Positions 1 to 8,211 of a stretch of DNA of 44,246 bases are shown here, piece by piece. The position numbers were made by a program, and so were the translations under genes. This stretch comes from Cytophagales bacterium (GTDB lineage Bacteria > Bacteroidota > Bacteroidia > Cytophagales > Cyclobacteriaceae): NCBI GenBank assembly GCA_038258905.1, contig JBBSPJ010000001.1:1-44246 (forward strand). The letters run 5' to 3'. The first letter of the stretch is position 1; each line of letters begins with the position of its first letter. Under the pieces are notes generated by a model. It did no database searches. It was given only the letters and a program-made list of their open reading frames with translations, and was not told the DNA's origin.

Positions 1-138
1 ATTTGAAAGAATACAGTCGCATAAGCAAAAAGACCTCTACCAACTATTACCTAATAACTGGCTGGAATACAAAATTACCGGTAACAAAAATTAAAGTATT
101 ATCCTATCTTTAAAAGTATGGGATCCTCGGATGCTTAC
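1..138 (+). mobile_element. Right end of an IS66-family insertion sequence (continues left of the window)
   Basis: Transposase C-terminus at 2-94, then a terminus reading GTAAGCATCCGAGGATCC on the minus strand from 138. IS66 inverted repeats begin GTAA. Confidence 0.8.
2..94 (+). CDS. tnpC: IS66 transposase, C-terminal fragment (5' truncated by window)
   Basis: Manual translation FERIQSHKQKDLYQLLPNNWLEYKITGNKN* matches the IS66 C-terminal pattern (RI..H....L..LLPxNW). Not in the ORF track. Confidence 0.8.
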   Translation, partial: FERIQSHKQKDLYQLLPNNWLEYKITGNKN

Positions 139-230
139 AAAGAGATAGCATAACCTCAGATTATTGAGTTGTTCTACACTTTTCTGAATGAAATTTACTA
201 TCAATTCAGTGAATAATAGACTCAATAAAA

Positions 231-776
231 CTACAAATTTGAATTGTCTTTATTAAAACAAGAAGGTAATACAACAAATCTAGTAGGCTTTAATTCTGAC
301 CAGTAATAAGAGATTGAGTTATTGATGTTAAGTGATAATAGTCTTATTAATTCAAGATAAATATAAGGTTCTATGGGTGCCTTTAATTTATATTTTTTCA
401 TATAATACTTAAGCCACTTTAAAAACGTGTTTACATGATTGTATTTAGCTACCCCAAGTATTAGCAGAATGGTGGCATATCCGATCCTGTCATTAAATAT
501 ATTTGGCAACTGGCTTTTTATCCTCAATAGAACATTTAAACAATCAGGTGTTACTCCCATGCATAAAGCCATATCAGTTTTTCTGAGTACGTAGTAATCC
601 ATCAAATCGCATAGCATTTCCGGAGTATAGTGCACAGTAAAAGTTAATTGTCCATTTATATGTTGAACCATTAAATCAGGAGCAGCAGTCATTCCGAAAA
701 TTTGTGGAAATTCGTCACTGCAGAATTCAGCTAATTCTAATTCTTTTTCTTCGGAAAGGTTTTGTCTCTTAGGCAT
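231..776 (-). CDS. Divergent Xre/MbcA/ParS-like antitoxin (HTH plus toxin-binding-like domain)
   Basis: HTH-like LRKTDMALCMGVTPDCL followed by DRI...LG...F.KWL........PIE, the layout of Xre/MbcA antitoxins of RES systems. Confidence 0.55.
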   Translation of the reverse strand: MPKRQNLSEEKELELAEFCSDEFPQIFGMTAAPDLMVQHINGQLTFTVHYTPEMLCDLMDYYVLRKTDMALCMGVTPDCLNVLLRIKSQLPNIFNDRIGYATILLILGVAKYNHVNTFLKWLKYYMKKYKLKAPIEPYIYLELIRLLSLNINNSISYYWSELKPTRFVVLPSCFNKDNSNL

Positions 777-822
777 TTTTATAATAGTAGATTTGACTAA
801 CTGCTATATTCTAGAAAAAGAA

Positions 823-3024
823 TCAACCTGTGACTATTAATTCTTCTAAAACTTCTTCTATTGTGTCAAACACAAAACTATCGGAATGCCCTAAACTTTT
901 TGCAATAGGGGTTAAATCTTGATATATTGTTTTCACCTTATTTCTAAGCGTGTTCTTTATATATTTCTTTGCATCTTCATTATTATCTAACAATTTCTTC
1001 TTTTTGTTAAAATAATTCACTCTTTCATCAATTGATTTAGAAGATGCTTCATTTTTATTTAACCACTCATTTAAATAAGATGCTTTATGGAGTTGATTGC
1101 TGGTTTCTTTATCTAGTTTTTCCTTCTTTATCAAGTCGAAATACTCAAGTTTAATTGTCACCAATTTCTCTCCATAAAATTCTTCCCAAGTCTCAATATT
1201 ATCTTCTACAATTTTAAGTAGTTTATCAGTAATTTTATAAAAACTACATACAAATTCCGGTGCAATCTTTATCTCATCATTTGTAGGTCTGTATGTTGAA
1301 GCAACATGAAAAACTCTTGCGATTAAATAATTTTTATCTTTATTTGATAAGATAAACCTTAATTCATTGGTAGTTATGAAAATTTTATTTTCTCTTGTAC
1401 GAGCGGATTTAACATCAAGAGTGATTTCTGAAAATTTTTTTAACGGGGATCTAAGTAAAAAGTCATAGGGCTTATACGATTCAGTGACTTTATTCTCCCA
1501 GATAACCTCGAAATTCTCGACACTAAAACCTTTTAAATTCAGGCTTTTGAAGAATTTAATTATATTATCTTCGATATTTTTCTCTTTTTTTTGAAGGAAC
1601 TTATAAAAATACAATTCTGCTAATCTTCCAAAATCCTTGTTTTCACTTTTTGATATATCTGTATTTACGAAGTCACTATGATCTATTAAATAATTTGAAT
1701 TCTCCTGTGATAAAATCGTACTAACCATTGATGTGTAGGCAAGTTCTATAAGTTCATCGCTATATTCTTTTTTTATTTGATAATCATTACTAGCGGTACT
1801 ACAAGTAAGTACAAAATTATTGCCTGTAATTAATTGAATTACTTCATCTTTAAATCTCCTTTCCCAATCGTTGTCGATGGTTATGATATCTTCTTTGGTT
1901 GACCTAATTAGTCTTTGTTCCATCTGTTCCATAAAATCACTTTTTGATAAATACAAGCATCTATATTTAAATCCTTTGAAAATATCTGCAAGAAAGAAAG
2001 CATGATGAGTATAGGAGTAATAATAATTTGAATGAGAGTCAAAGTTGTCAGATAAGGTCAATTTAAAAGAAACTTTATTTTCTATTTTTCTTTTATTTGA
2101 GTGTTTTTTGCTTATATGCTCATATTCGTAATCAAAAATTGGGTCTATTTTTATGCCTGAAATAATTATCGGCATGCCTAAAACGATATATTTAGATAAG
2201 TTGCTAGGCAATTTATTGATAAATGAATTAAAACCTTTATGGTTTTTCTGTTCAGTCCAATCTTGAATCGAAAAATACATTTTATTTTCACTTATAACCT
2301 TGAAATGCCGAAAATTTATTAAGGGCAAAGTCACTTGATTATCATGTTCAAGTATAGAAATGGGGAAGTTAAAAAATACCTCAGATTCAATATCCTTCTT
2401 AATTTCAAATTTGGCATAACTCTTTTTAAATTCCCTTGCCTCCAACAGGAAAAAGGATTTTCTAAGAGACTTTAAATATTTCTCTAATTTCCTTCTTTGC
2501 TCATTTCTTATAAAATCTTCATTCGCCTTAAAGTACTTAGCCTCTCTTGTTTGTAATTCACTTTCAATATCAGAAAGCTTTTTCTTCAAATGCAGTAATA
2601 CTATCAAATGTAATCTTTCCGGAATATTATATAAATCTCTTTCGGCTTTTACCCCTTTTATATCTATATCAAATGGACGAAAGTTTTTTATCAATAAATG
2701 AAGCCTAGGTCCTAATTCCAGTACTGTCTTTGGAAATGTTTTTTTAAAATCATTTTGTAAAGTATTTTTAAGAAATTCAATTTGCCTCCAAGTGTTACAA
2801 TTATGATCAAGAATTTCAAAATCATATATATCTGTAAATGTATTAAATGATATTGGACTCTCAGCTTTTTTTAAAACCTCGTTACGCATCTTTTTTTCAT
2901 CAAATATCAAATATTCAGGTAGATTGAAAATTTGTGTGAAAACCTTAGTGATTTTAAAGAATCCACTTGAATCTTCTGTATATTTTATTTCGAGTTGCTT
3001 AGCATTTAATTGTTTAATAGTCAT
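823..3024 (-). CDS. 733-aa protein with C-terminal DUF3883/NOV-type PD-(D/E)XK nuclease domain
   Basis: GRLAELYFYKFL...VIWEN...KPYDF...LDVKS...IFITTNE...YLIARV motif series; N-terminal ~450 aa unrecognised, with a coiled-coil segment. Confidence 0.75.
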   Translation of the reverse strand: MTIKQLNAKQLEIKYTEDSSGFFKITKVFTQIFNLPEYLIFDEKKMRNEVLKKAESPISFNTFTDIYDFEILDHNCNTWRQIEFLKNTLQNDFKKTFPKTVLELGPRLHLLIKNFRPFDIDIKGVKAERDLYNIPERLHLIVLLHLKKKLSDIESELQTREAKYFKANEDFIRNEQRRKLEKYLKSLRKSFFLLEAREFKKSYAKFEIKKDIESEVFFNFPISILEHDNQVTLPLINFRHFKVISENKMYFSIQDWTEQKNHKGFNSFINKLPSNLSKYIVLGMPIIISGIKIDPIFDYEYEHISKKHSNKRKIENKVSFKLTLSDNFDSHSNYYYSYTHHAFFLADIFKGFKYRCLYLSKSDFMEQMEQRLIRSTKEDIITIDNDWERRFKDEVIQLITGNNFVLTCSTASNDYQIKKEYSDELIELAYTSMVSTILSQENSNYLIDHSDFVNTDISKSENKDFGRLAELYFYKFLQKKEKNIEDNIIKFFKSLNLKGFSVENFEVIWENKVTESYKPYDFLLRSPLKKFSEITLDVKSARTRENKIFITTNELRFILSNKDKNYLIARVFHVASTYRPTNDEIKIAPEFVCSFYKITDKLLKIVEDNIETWEEFYGEKLVTIKLEYFDLIKKEKLDKETSNQLHKASYLNEWLNKNEASSKSIDERVNYFNKKKKLLDNNEDAKKYIKNTLRNKVKTIYQDLTPIAKSLGHSDSFVFDTIEEVLEELIVTG

Positions 3025-3156
3025 TTTTTAGTTTGAGTAATTGGATAATCTCATAAAAATCAGAATCGTTTTAAAAAAAATAAGGTTAACATTCAAGGTT
3101 AGCTATATTGTAAATTTGATTCTTAGAGTTTCCTTTTTTTGATCCATTATTGACCG

Positions 3157-3187
3157 CAAAGGTATTCATTCAAATTAGGAGTTCAAA
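3157..3187 (-). promoter_or_regulatory. Bacteroidota housekeeping promoter for the DUF3883 gene
   Basis: Minus strand TTTG (3187-3184)-N19-TACCTTTG (3164-3157) matches the -33/-7 consensus. Confidence 0.7.
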
Positions 3188-3211
3188 TATTCAACGTAAT
3201 ATCTCACTTCC

Positions 3212-4438
3212 TCAATCACCTTCCACAATCGCATACCAACCGGGTTTATTGATAAAATTCTGGTTAGGGACATTATATTGGCTGTCAGTATTTACAGTGA
3301 TGCTTCGTTGTGCGTTATAGATTTCCCAACTCTTGGTGGCTAAGTTTACTTTGTAGGAAAATGCTTTGTCATTTTGATAAGCCTGAATGTATCCATATCT
3401 ATTGAATACAAACTCTGCATTTAGCTTTAATTTTTTATCTGACTTACTAATGAAATAGTCATCTTCACGACTGTAATAGTTTCTAACGGAGTCAATGAGC
3501 TTAATGGATTCACGATATGCCTGATAGTCCGCCATTACCTTAGTGGGTGTTTTGATAAAGTCATCGCCGAAACTTTGATGGATTTCCCAATTGGTTAACT
3601 CTTTATTATTACCACCAAAATACACCACATAATTCTTGTCTTTACTTTCTAAAGCGAAAGATAAGGGGGTATTCTTATTTAACTGCCAGTCCTTTTCATT
3701 GGCATATATCAACTTAAACACTTTAATAACTTTATTTTTTGTATTGCCAATCTTGAAGCCATCAGTTTTAATGATTTCACTGTAAGATATTTCAATACTG
3801 TCTAAATTCGAGTTAGAGTTATTTGTTAATGCATTTTCCGGGAATGAAAAAGCGATGCCAGAGCCTGTCGCAATTCGTGTAAATTCATCTGTTTTAATAA
3901 AAATGTTTTGCTCGATTGCTTCAAATTCAATTCCGATAGCATTATTGACTGATGTGTTGCTTTTTTTGCTTGAGATTACTTCATATTCGTTGTTTTGCTC
4001 GACTGTGTCTAGCGGCATAATATTTTCCTCTCTCTGAAATAAAGAATCTATTGAGGGTGTGTCATTATGCTTTTCTATTTGGATGGATTTTTCCTTTTTC
4101 CAGAGTTTTTCAAAGTTCACCCAACCTAATTTTTGAAACGCATACCCAACAAAACCCATTAATAGAACGATTGAAGCTGCAATAGCCATCCATGGTCTCA
4201 TGATTCTGACTTTCCCAGCTTTCTTTGGTTCATTCAAGGAATTTTCAGCTATTATCCTACTCAAGTTTTCCTTAATCTGCCCATACTTAAGGGTATCTCT
4301 GATGATTTTTTGGGTTTTAAAATCTTCATTGAAGGCTGCATCGGTCTTGCGAAGGGAATCAACCAAAGAGGTGTCTTCTAGGCTCAATTCCCTTCTAAGG
4401 TATTTTTCAATTAATAAATCTTTTTCTTCTTCGGTCAT
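3212..4438 (-). CDS. Putative membrane-anchored anti-sigma factor
   Basis: Overlaps the ECF sigma stop by 1 bp; N-terminal LIEKYL..ELS domain, one TM (WMAIAASIVLLMGFVGYAF), large extracytoplasmic domain. Confidence 0.7.
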   Translation of the reverse strand: MTEEEKDLLIEKYLRRELSLEDTSLVDSLRKTDAAFNEDFKTQKIIRDTLKYGQIKENLSRIIAENSLNEPKKAGKVRIMRPWMAIAASIVLLMGFVGYAFQKLGWVNFEKLWKKEKSIQIEKHNDTPSIDSLFQREENIMPLDTVEQNNEYEVISSKKSNTSVNNAIGIEFEAIEQNIFIKTDEFTRIATGSGIAFSFPENALTNNSNSNLDSIEISYSEIIKTDGFKIGNTKNKVIKVFKLIYANEKDWQLNKNTPLSFALESKDKNYVVYFGGNNKELTNWEIHQSFGDDFIKTPTKVMADYQAYRESIKLIDSVRNYYSREDDYFISKSDKKLKLNAEFVFNRYGYIQAYQNDKAFSYKVNLATKSWEIYNAQRSITVNTDSQYNVPNQNFINKPGWYAIVEGD

Positions 4439-5004
4439 TATAAATTGTTCTTTAGCATTTCAAGATTGTCGCTCATTAATCTCTTAGCTTGTTCAATGCA
4501 CTTCCCCTTCTTTTTTTTAATGCTATTATAAGAGCTGTAGTCATACTTTTTAGCTAGCACATCATAGTCGATTTCCCCAAAGTACCTATCCCATAAGAGC
4601 TCATAGCAAGGAGGCTTGAGCGTTTTAAGTAATTCAAGACTGCGATCGAAATCAATAAAATCATGCTCTTCACTTGGCTGTATCGTAAAATCATACTGGA
4701 TGTCACCGACTTTTTTCAATTCTTTTTCTTTTTTTCTAATAATATCTATCAACTTATTATTAGCTATTGAATAAATGTAGGTAGAGAGCTTAGAATTGAG
4801 GGAATCCAGTGTTAATTCAAAGTTCTCAATATTTAAATATACAGTACAAATCACATCTGAATAGAGGTCATCAAAATCAACATAATTATGAGTGTCTTTG
4901 TCAAAAACTAGCTTTCTTACGAGTCCTATATATTCCGAATAAAACTTCGCTATGACTGCCGAGTCATTATTTAATATTCCGGAAATGTACTTTTCATCGG
5001 TCAT
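4438..5004 (-). CDS. ECF-type sigma-70 factor
   Basis: 188 aa; region 2 (DDLYSD...KLSTYIYSIANNK) and region 4 (L.PPCYELL...Y..LA......SIKKKKGKC) typical of Bacteroidota ECF sigmas. Confidence 0.9.
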   Translation of the reverse strand: MTDEKYISGILNNDSAVIAKFYSEYIGLVRKLVFDKDTHNYVDFDDLYSDVICTVYLNIENFELTLDSLNSKLSTYIYSIANNKLIDIIRKKEKELKKVGDIQYDFTIQPSEEHDFIDFDRSLELLKTLKPPCYELLWDRYFGEIDYDVLAKKYDYSSYNSIKKKKGKCIEQAKRLMSDNLEMLKNNL

Positions 5005-5033
5005 GACGGAAAGGTAAAATAAAAAAATTGATT

Positions 5034-5067
5034 AGTGGTGACCTTTTCGATAACTGGCGATACACCT
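5034..5067 (+). promoter_or_regulatory. Bipartite motif copy 1, candidate ECF promoter
   Basis: AGTGGTGAC-N15-CGATACACCT ending 16 bp before the ATG at 5084; identical boxes recur at 5494-5527. Confidence 0.7.
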
Positions 5068-5083
5068 TCAAAATTTAACAACT

Positions 5084-5476
5084 ATGAAGGATAAAAATAT
5101 TTTACTAGCCTACGAAACAAAAAAAGAAATTGATTCAAACACAGTACATGTCACGTTCTTCGATTACTCTGAAAAGAAAATCGGAGCCTACTCTTTAAAT
5201 CATACCAATCACTCCAACAAAAGATCTCAACAAAGAGGCATCATCAATGAGATGATTTTTATGGCTGCCGGCTTAGGAGATTGCACCTATAAACAAGGCT
5301 TAGCCTATTATGCTATTTCTGAAAAGGCTAGAAAGCAGGTAGATAACAAACAGCTCGCTGGAAGACTGAAGAACCTAGTCATTGTAATGAATGATGCAAA
5401 AGGTACTTTGATTACCTGCTACAAAAATAAAAATGGAGCGAGAAATATTGCCAAAAAGAAAAAACGCCTGGCATAG
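5084..5476 (+). CDS. DUF4258-like small basic protein
   Basis: HTNHSNKRSQQRGI...LVIVM...GTLITCY resembles the DUF4258 pattern (T.HA..RM.QRGI...LITVY). Confidence 0.65.
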   Translation: MKDKNILLAYETKKEIDSNTVHVTFFDYSEKKIGAYSLNHTNHSNKRSQQRGIINEMIFMAAGLGDCTYKQGLAYYAISEKARKQVDNKQLAGRLKNLVIVMNDAKGTLITCYKNKNGARNIAKKKKRLA

Positions 5477-5493
5477 AAATATTTTTTTTACAA

Positions 5494-5527
5494 AGTGGTG
5501 ACAAACCTACTTTTCTCCGATACACCT
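5494..5527 (+). promoter_or_regulatory. Bipartite motif copy 2, candidate ECF promoter
   Basis: AGTGGTGAC-N15-CGATACACCT with a spacer unrelated to copy 1 but of identical length. Confidence 0.7.
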
Positions 5528-5617
5528 CTACAAAAGAATAAAGCTATAGAAAACATGAGTACAAAAGAACAGTGCAAATTACTGAAAGCAAAGCAAAATA
5601 TGGAAACAATAATAAAA

Positions 5618-7822
5618 ATGAAGACGATTCTACTCTACGTGTTATTTATGATCAGCACGATCGCACCTGCCCTCTCACAAGAGGCTTCTGACGAGGCAGT
5701 TATTATTGATGGTAAGTATCAGCTTGATCTATTGTTTTACCGCAACAATATCAGCAGAACTGAACTAAATAATTTAAAAAGGGTCGGCTGGCAAGTCAAT
5801 GACTTTAACCCTTTGAGCCTAGAAATTATAAATGCCAATAGACTACTCAGGATTTTACACAGTAGCCCTGCAAAGCTGGTGCTGCAATTGCCCAATGACT
5901 TGTCTTTTGAGCTGACCAAAAACGATATCAAATTACAACTTTTGGAGAAACAGCTCCCAAGCATAAAAAGCGCCTCTTTTCTATTTAAACAACTGCAATT
6001 GTGGAAGTATAGAGAAGAACTAAAGGGTGCCAAGGAGACCGATTTCACCCTAAGCAATACCATTGCATTTGACGTGGCTATAGATGATGCAGAGCGAAAT
6101 TTGACTTCCTTTTCTTTATATCTAATTGACAAAAAAGATACTTTGGCTTATTATGATTTTAACCGTGTGGAAGGTGCCCATCAGGAAGCTCTCCCTAAAT
6201 ATGTGAACTCTGATTGTGAGCCTTTCACCAGGGAAACGTTATTTACTAGATACCAAAACGCCTATAAACGACCTCCTTTACCTATAAGATTTAATCCAGA
6301 CCGTTTTAAAAGAATACATAGAACTTTTACGATTTACTTTGATCAAAACTCATCTTTCTACCCAGATGAGCAACTCAATCCATTGAAGGAATTTTTGAGC
6401 CATTCGGATTATGAACTTAAGAAATTTCAGATCTACTCGTACAGTTCTGTTGAAGGAGACTCTGCAGTTAACCTTAATCTGATGAAAGAAAGAGGTGCCA
6501 TCCTGAAGCGCATTGTAAAGGAGTTGCCTTACAAGATCTCAGAAATTGAATCATTCGAAGCTGAAAATTGGACACTTTTCGAGGAGCAAATTGAAAAGGA
6601 TCAGTTGCCGAACCATTCAAACGCAGAATGGAAGGAGGCTTTCAAAAATGATTCTGTGTTACAGTCGCTAGCGTCGCTTTTAAAAAAGCAACGCTATGCC
6701 AAAATTGAACTCTATTTGGAAAAAGAAAAAACCAAGGAAGAACTGGCTACAGAAATAGAGAAAATAAATGACCAACTAACAGCCAGTTTCAAACTATGGT
6801 TTAAAAATAAACGAAGAACAGGGCAGTACCTGCACCTTGATTTAACCGATGAAAAGCTGGTACAAATTACTAGAAAAATGGTAGGTCTCTTGTATTTCGC
6901 TGCAGAAGAAAGTATAGAACAAGAAACCTTCTTGAATAAGTATAGAGAACTCCCTTCCTCAAGGTTTTTAGGAGACGAAATAATGATCTATTTGTTTTAT
7001 CAACCTGAAAAATTTCATCTCGATATTCCTTCTGACAGGCATTTGCTTAATGTTTTCAATTCTGCAAGAGACCGGATTGTTCAAATGCCTAACAATGCAG
7101 CCAATCATCAATTATTTTATGATGTGCAAAAGGTAATTTTCTCGCAAGTTGAGAGTGGAAAAATAACATCTAACATCATGTATGAGATGAGTTACCCCGA
7201 TCATTTGAATATAGATCCTTACTATATGCTTTATTTAAAGCGAAAAGCTGCATTTATTGAAGCAGGTATTTTACAACCTGAGATTGAAGAAGGCTTAGCA
7301 ACTCAACCTGATATTGATGATGCTACCAAGTTACTCAAGTCGGAATACTATCGTTTTTTGAAGGGTTTAGTGGTGAAAAACACATTGGATCTACTACCGA
7401 ACGCAAGCGTTTCACGAACAGACTGGTATCTTCCCTTTGATCAATATGATTTTTTATGGTATCAAAACAACTACTGGGACGCGAAAAACACCATGCGTCT
7501 CGATACAGCCATTAGCATAAAAACTCAGTATGAGATACTACAGAAGTTGCTCAAAAAACCAGGTAACCTATGCAGATACAGCCTAGAGCATTTAGCGGTA
7601 GATTTTTACCATAAGCTGCTCATTCATGCAGAGGTAAATGAATTACCCATATACATCGACGAAGCATTAGATTATTTGATGAACTACTACAAAAAGAATA
7701 ACAAGTATGTGTCAGCAGAGGATATAAAGCAAATATCATCCGAATTCTATACCATAAATCGATTCCTACATTATACCCAAATAAAGGAATGGAAAAAAGA
7801 GGTGAAAAAAATAAACCAGTAA
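5618..7822 (+). CDS. Exported protein with central OmpA-like peptidoglycan-binding-type domain
   Basis: Start moved to the in-frame ATG at 5618, which gives a signal peptide (MKTILLYVLFMISTIAPALSQ); IYFDQNSS...IYSYSSVEG....NLNLMKERG...QRYAKIEL is OmpA-like. Confidence 0.65.
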   Translation: MKTILLYVLFMISTIAPALSQEASDEAVIIDGKYQLDLLFYRNNISRTELNNLKRVGWQVNDFNPLSLEIINANRLLRILHSSPAKLVLQLPNDLSFELTKNDIKLQLLEKQLPSIKSASFLFKQLQLWKYREELKGAKETDFTLSNTIAFDVAIDDAERNLTSFSLYLIDKKDTLAYYDFNRVEGAHQEALPKYVNSDCEPFTRETLFTRYQNAYKRPPLPIRFNPDRFKRIHRTFTIYFDQNSSFYPDEQLNPLKEFLSHSDYELKKFQIYSYSSVEGDSAVNLNLMKERGAILKRIVKELPYKISEIESFEAENWTLFEEQIEKDQLPNHSNAEWKEAFKNDSVLQSLASLLKKQRYAKIELYLEKEKTKEELATEIEKINDQLTASFKLWFKNKRRTGQYLHLDLTDEKLVQITRKMVGLLYFAAEESIEQETFLNKYRELPSSRFLGDEIMIYLFYQPEKFHLDIPSDRHLLNVFNSARDRIVQMPNNAANHQLFYDVQKVIFSQVESGKITSNIMYEMSYPDHLNIDPYYMLYLKRKAAFIEAGILQPEIEEGLATQPDIDDATKLLKSEYYRFLKGLVVKNTLDLLPNASVSRTDWYLPFDQYDFLWYQNNYWDAKNTMRLDTAISIKTQYEILQKLLKKPGNLCRYSLEHLAVDFYHKLLIHAEVNELPIYIDEALDYLMNYYKKNNKYVSAEDIKQISSEFYTINRFLHYTQIKEWKKEVKKINQ

Positions 7823-7848
7823 AATAAAACAGTAAAATATAATTAATT

Positions 7849-8170
7849 ATGGGAGAGATATATAGAGCAAAATGTACCGATTGTGGATTTAGTTCAGAAT
7901 TCAAACTAGGAGGTAGCAGAATGAATTTCAGAGAATACCAGCCGGTACCAGCCATTAACTTGGCGGCAAACACCTTCGAAAACCCTAATTATGCGGAGGC
8001 TCAAAATGATGGCAAGTATAAGTTTTTTTTGGGAAGAGGATATGTTTGAGGCCAACGAGGACTCTTATGAAATCAATTATTTTGATCTCACTATACATAG
8101 TCACGGAAATTTCTGCACGGAATGCCAGAGTTTCACTCTCATTTTTAGAAAATTCATGTCGTTTGACTAA
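7849..8170 (+). pseudogene. Zinc-ribbon protein (CxxC...CxxC) frameshifted at a T8 tract
   Basis: CTDC in the first frame; deleting one T from 8023-8030 gives a 106-aa ORF ending ...GNFCTECQSFTLIFRKFMSFD* at 8170. Confidence 0.7.
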
Positions 8171-8211
8171 AAAAATTATACTAACTGCATTTGATTAACC
8201 AATAAAAATAT

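Noticed and set aside
161-228. TTATTGAGT/ACTCAATAA inverted repeat next to the IS66 end
   Set aside because: AT-rich 9-bp arms 50 bp apart; no function can be supported
5495-5617. GTG-started N-terminal extension of the 775-aa ORF
   Set aside because: Overlaps the promoter-like motif; the signal peptide begins at ATG 5618
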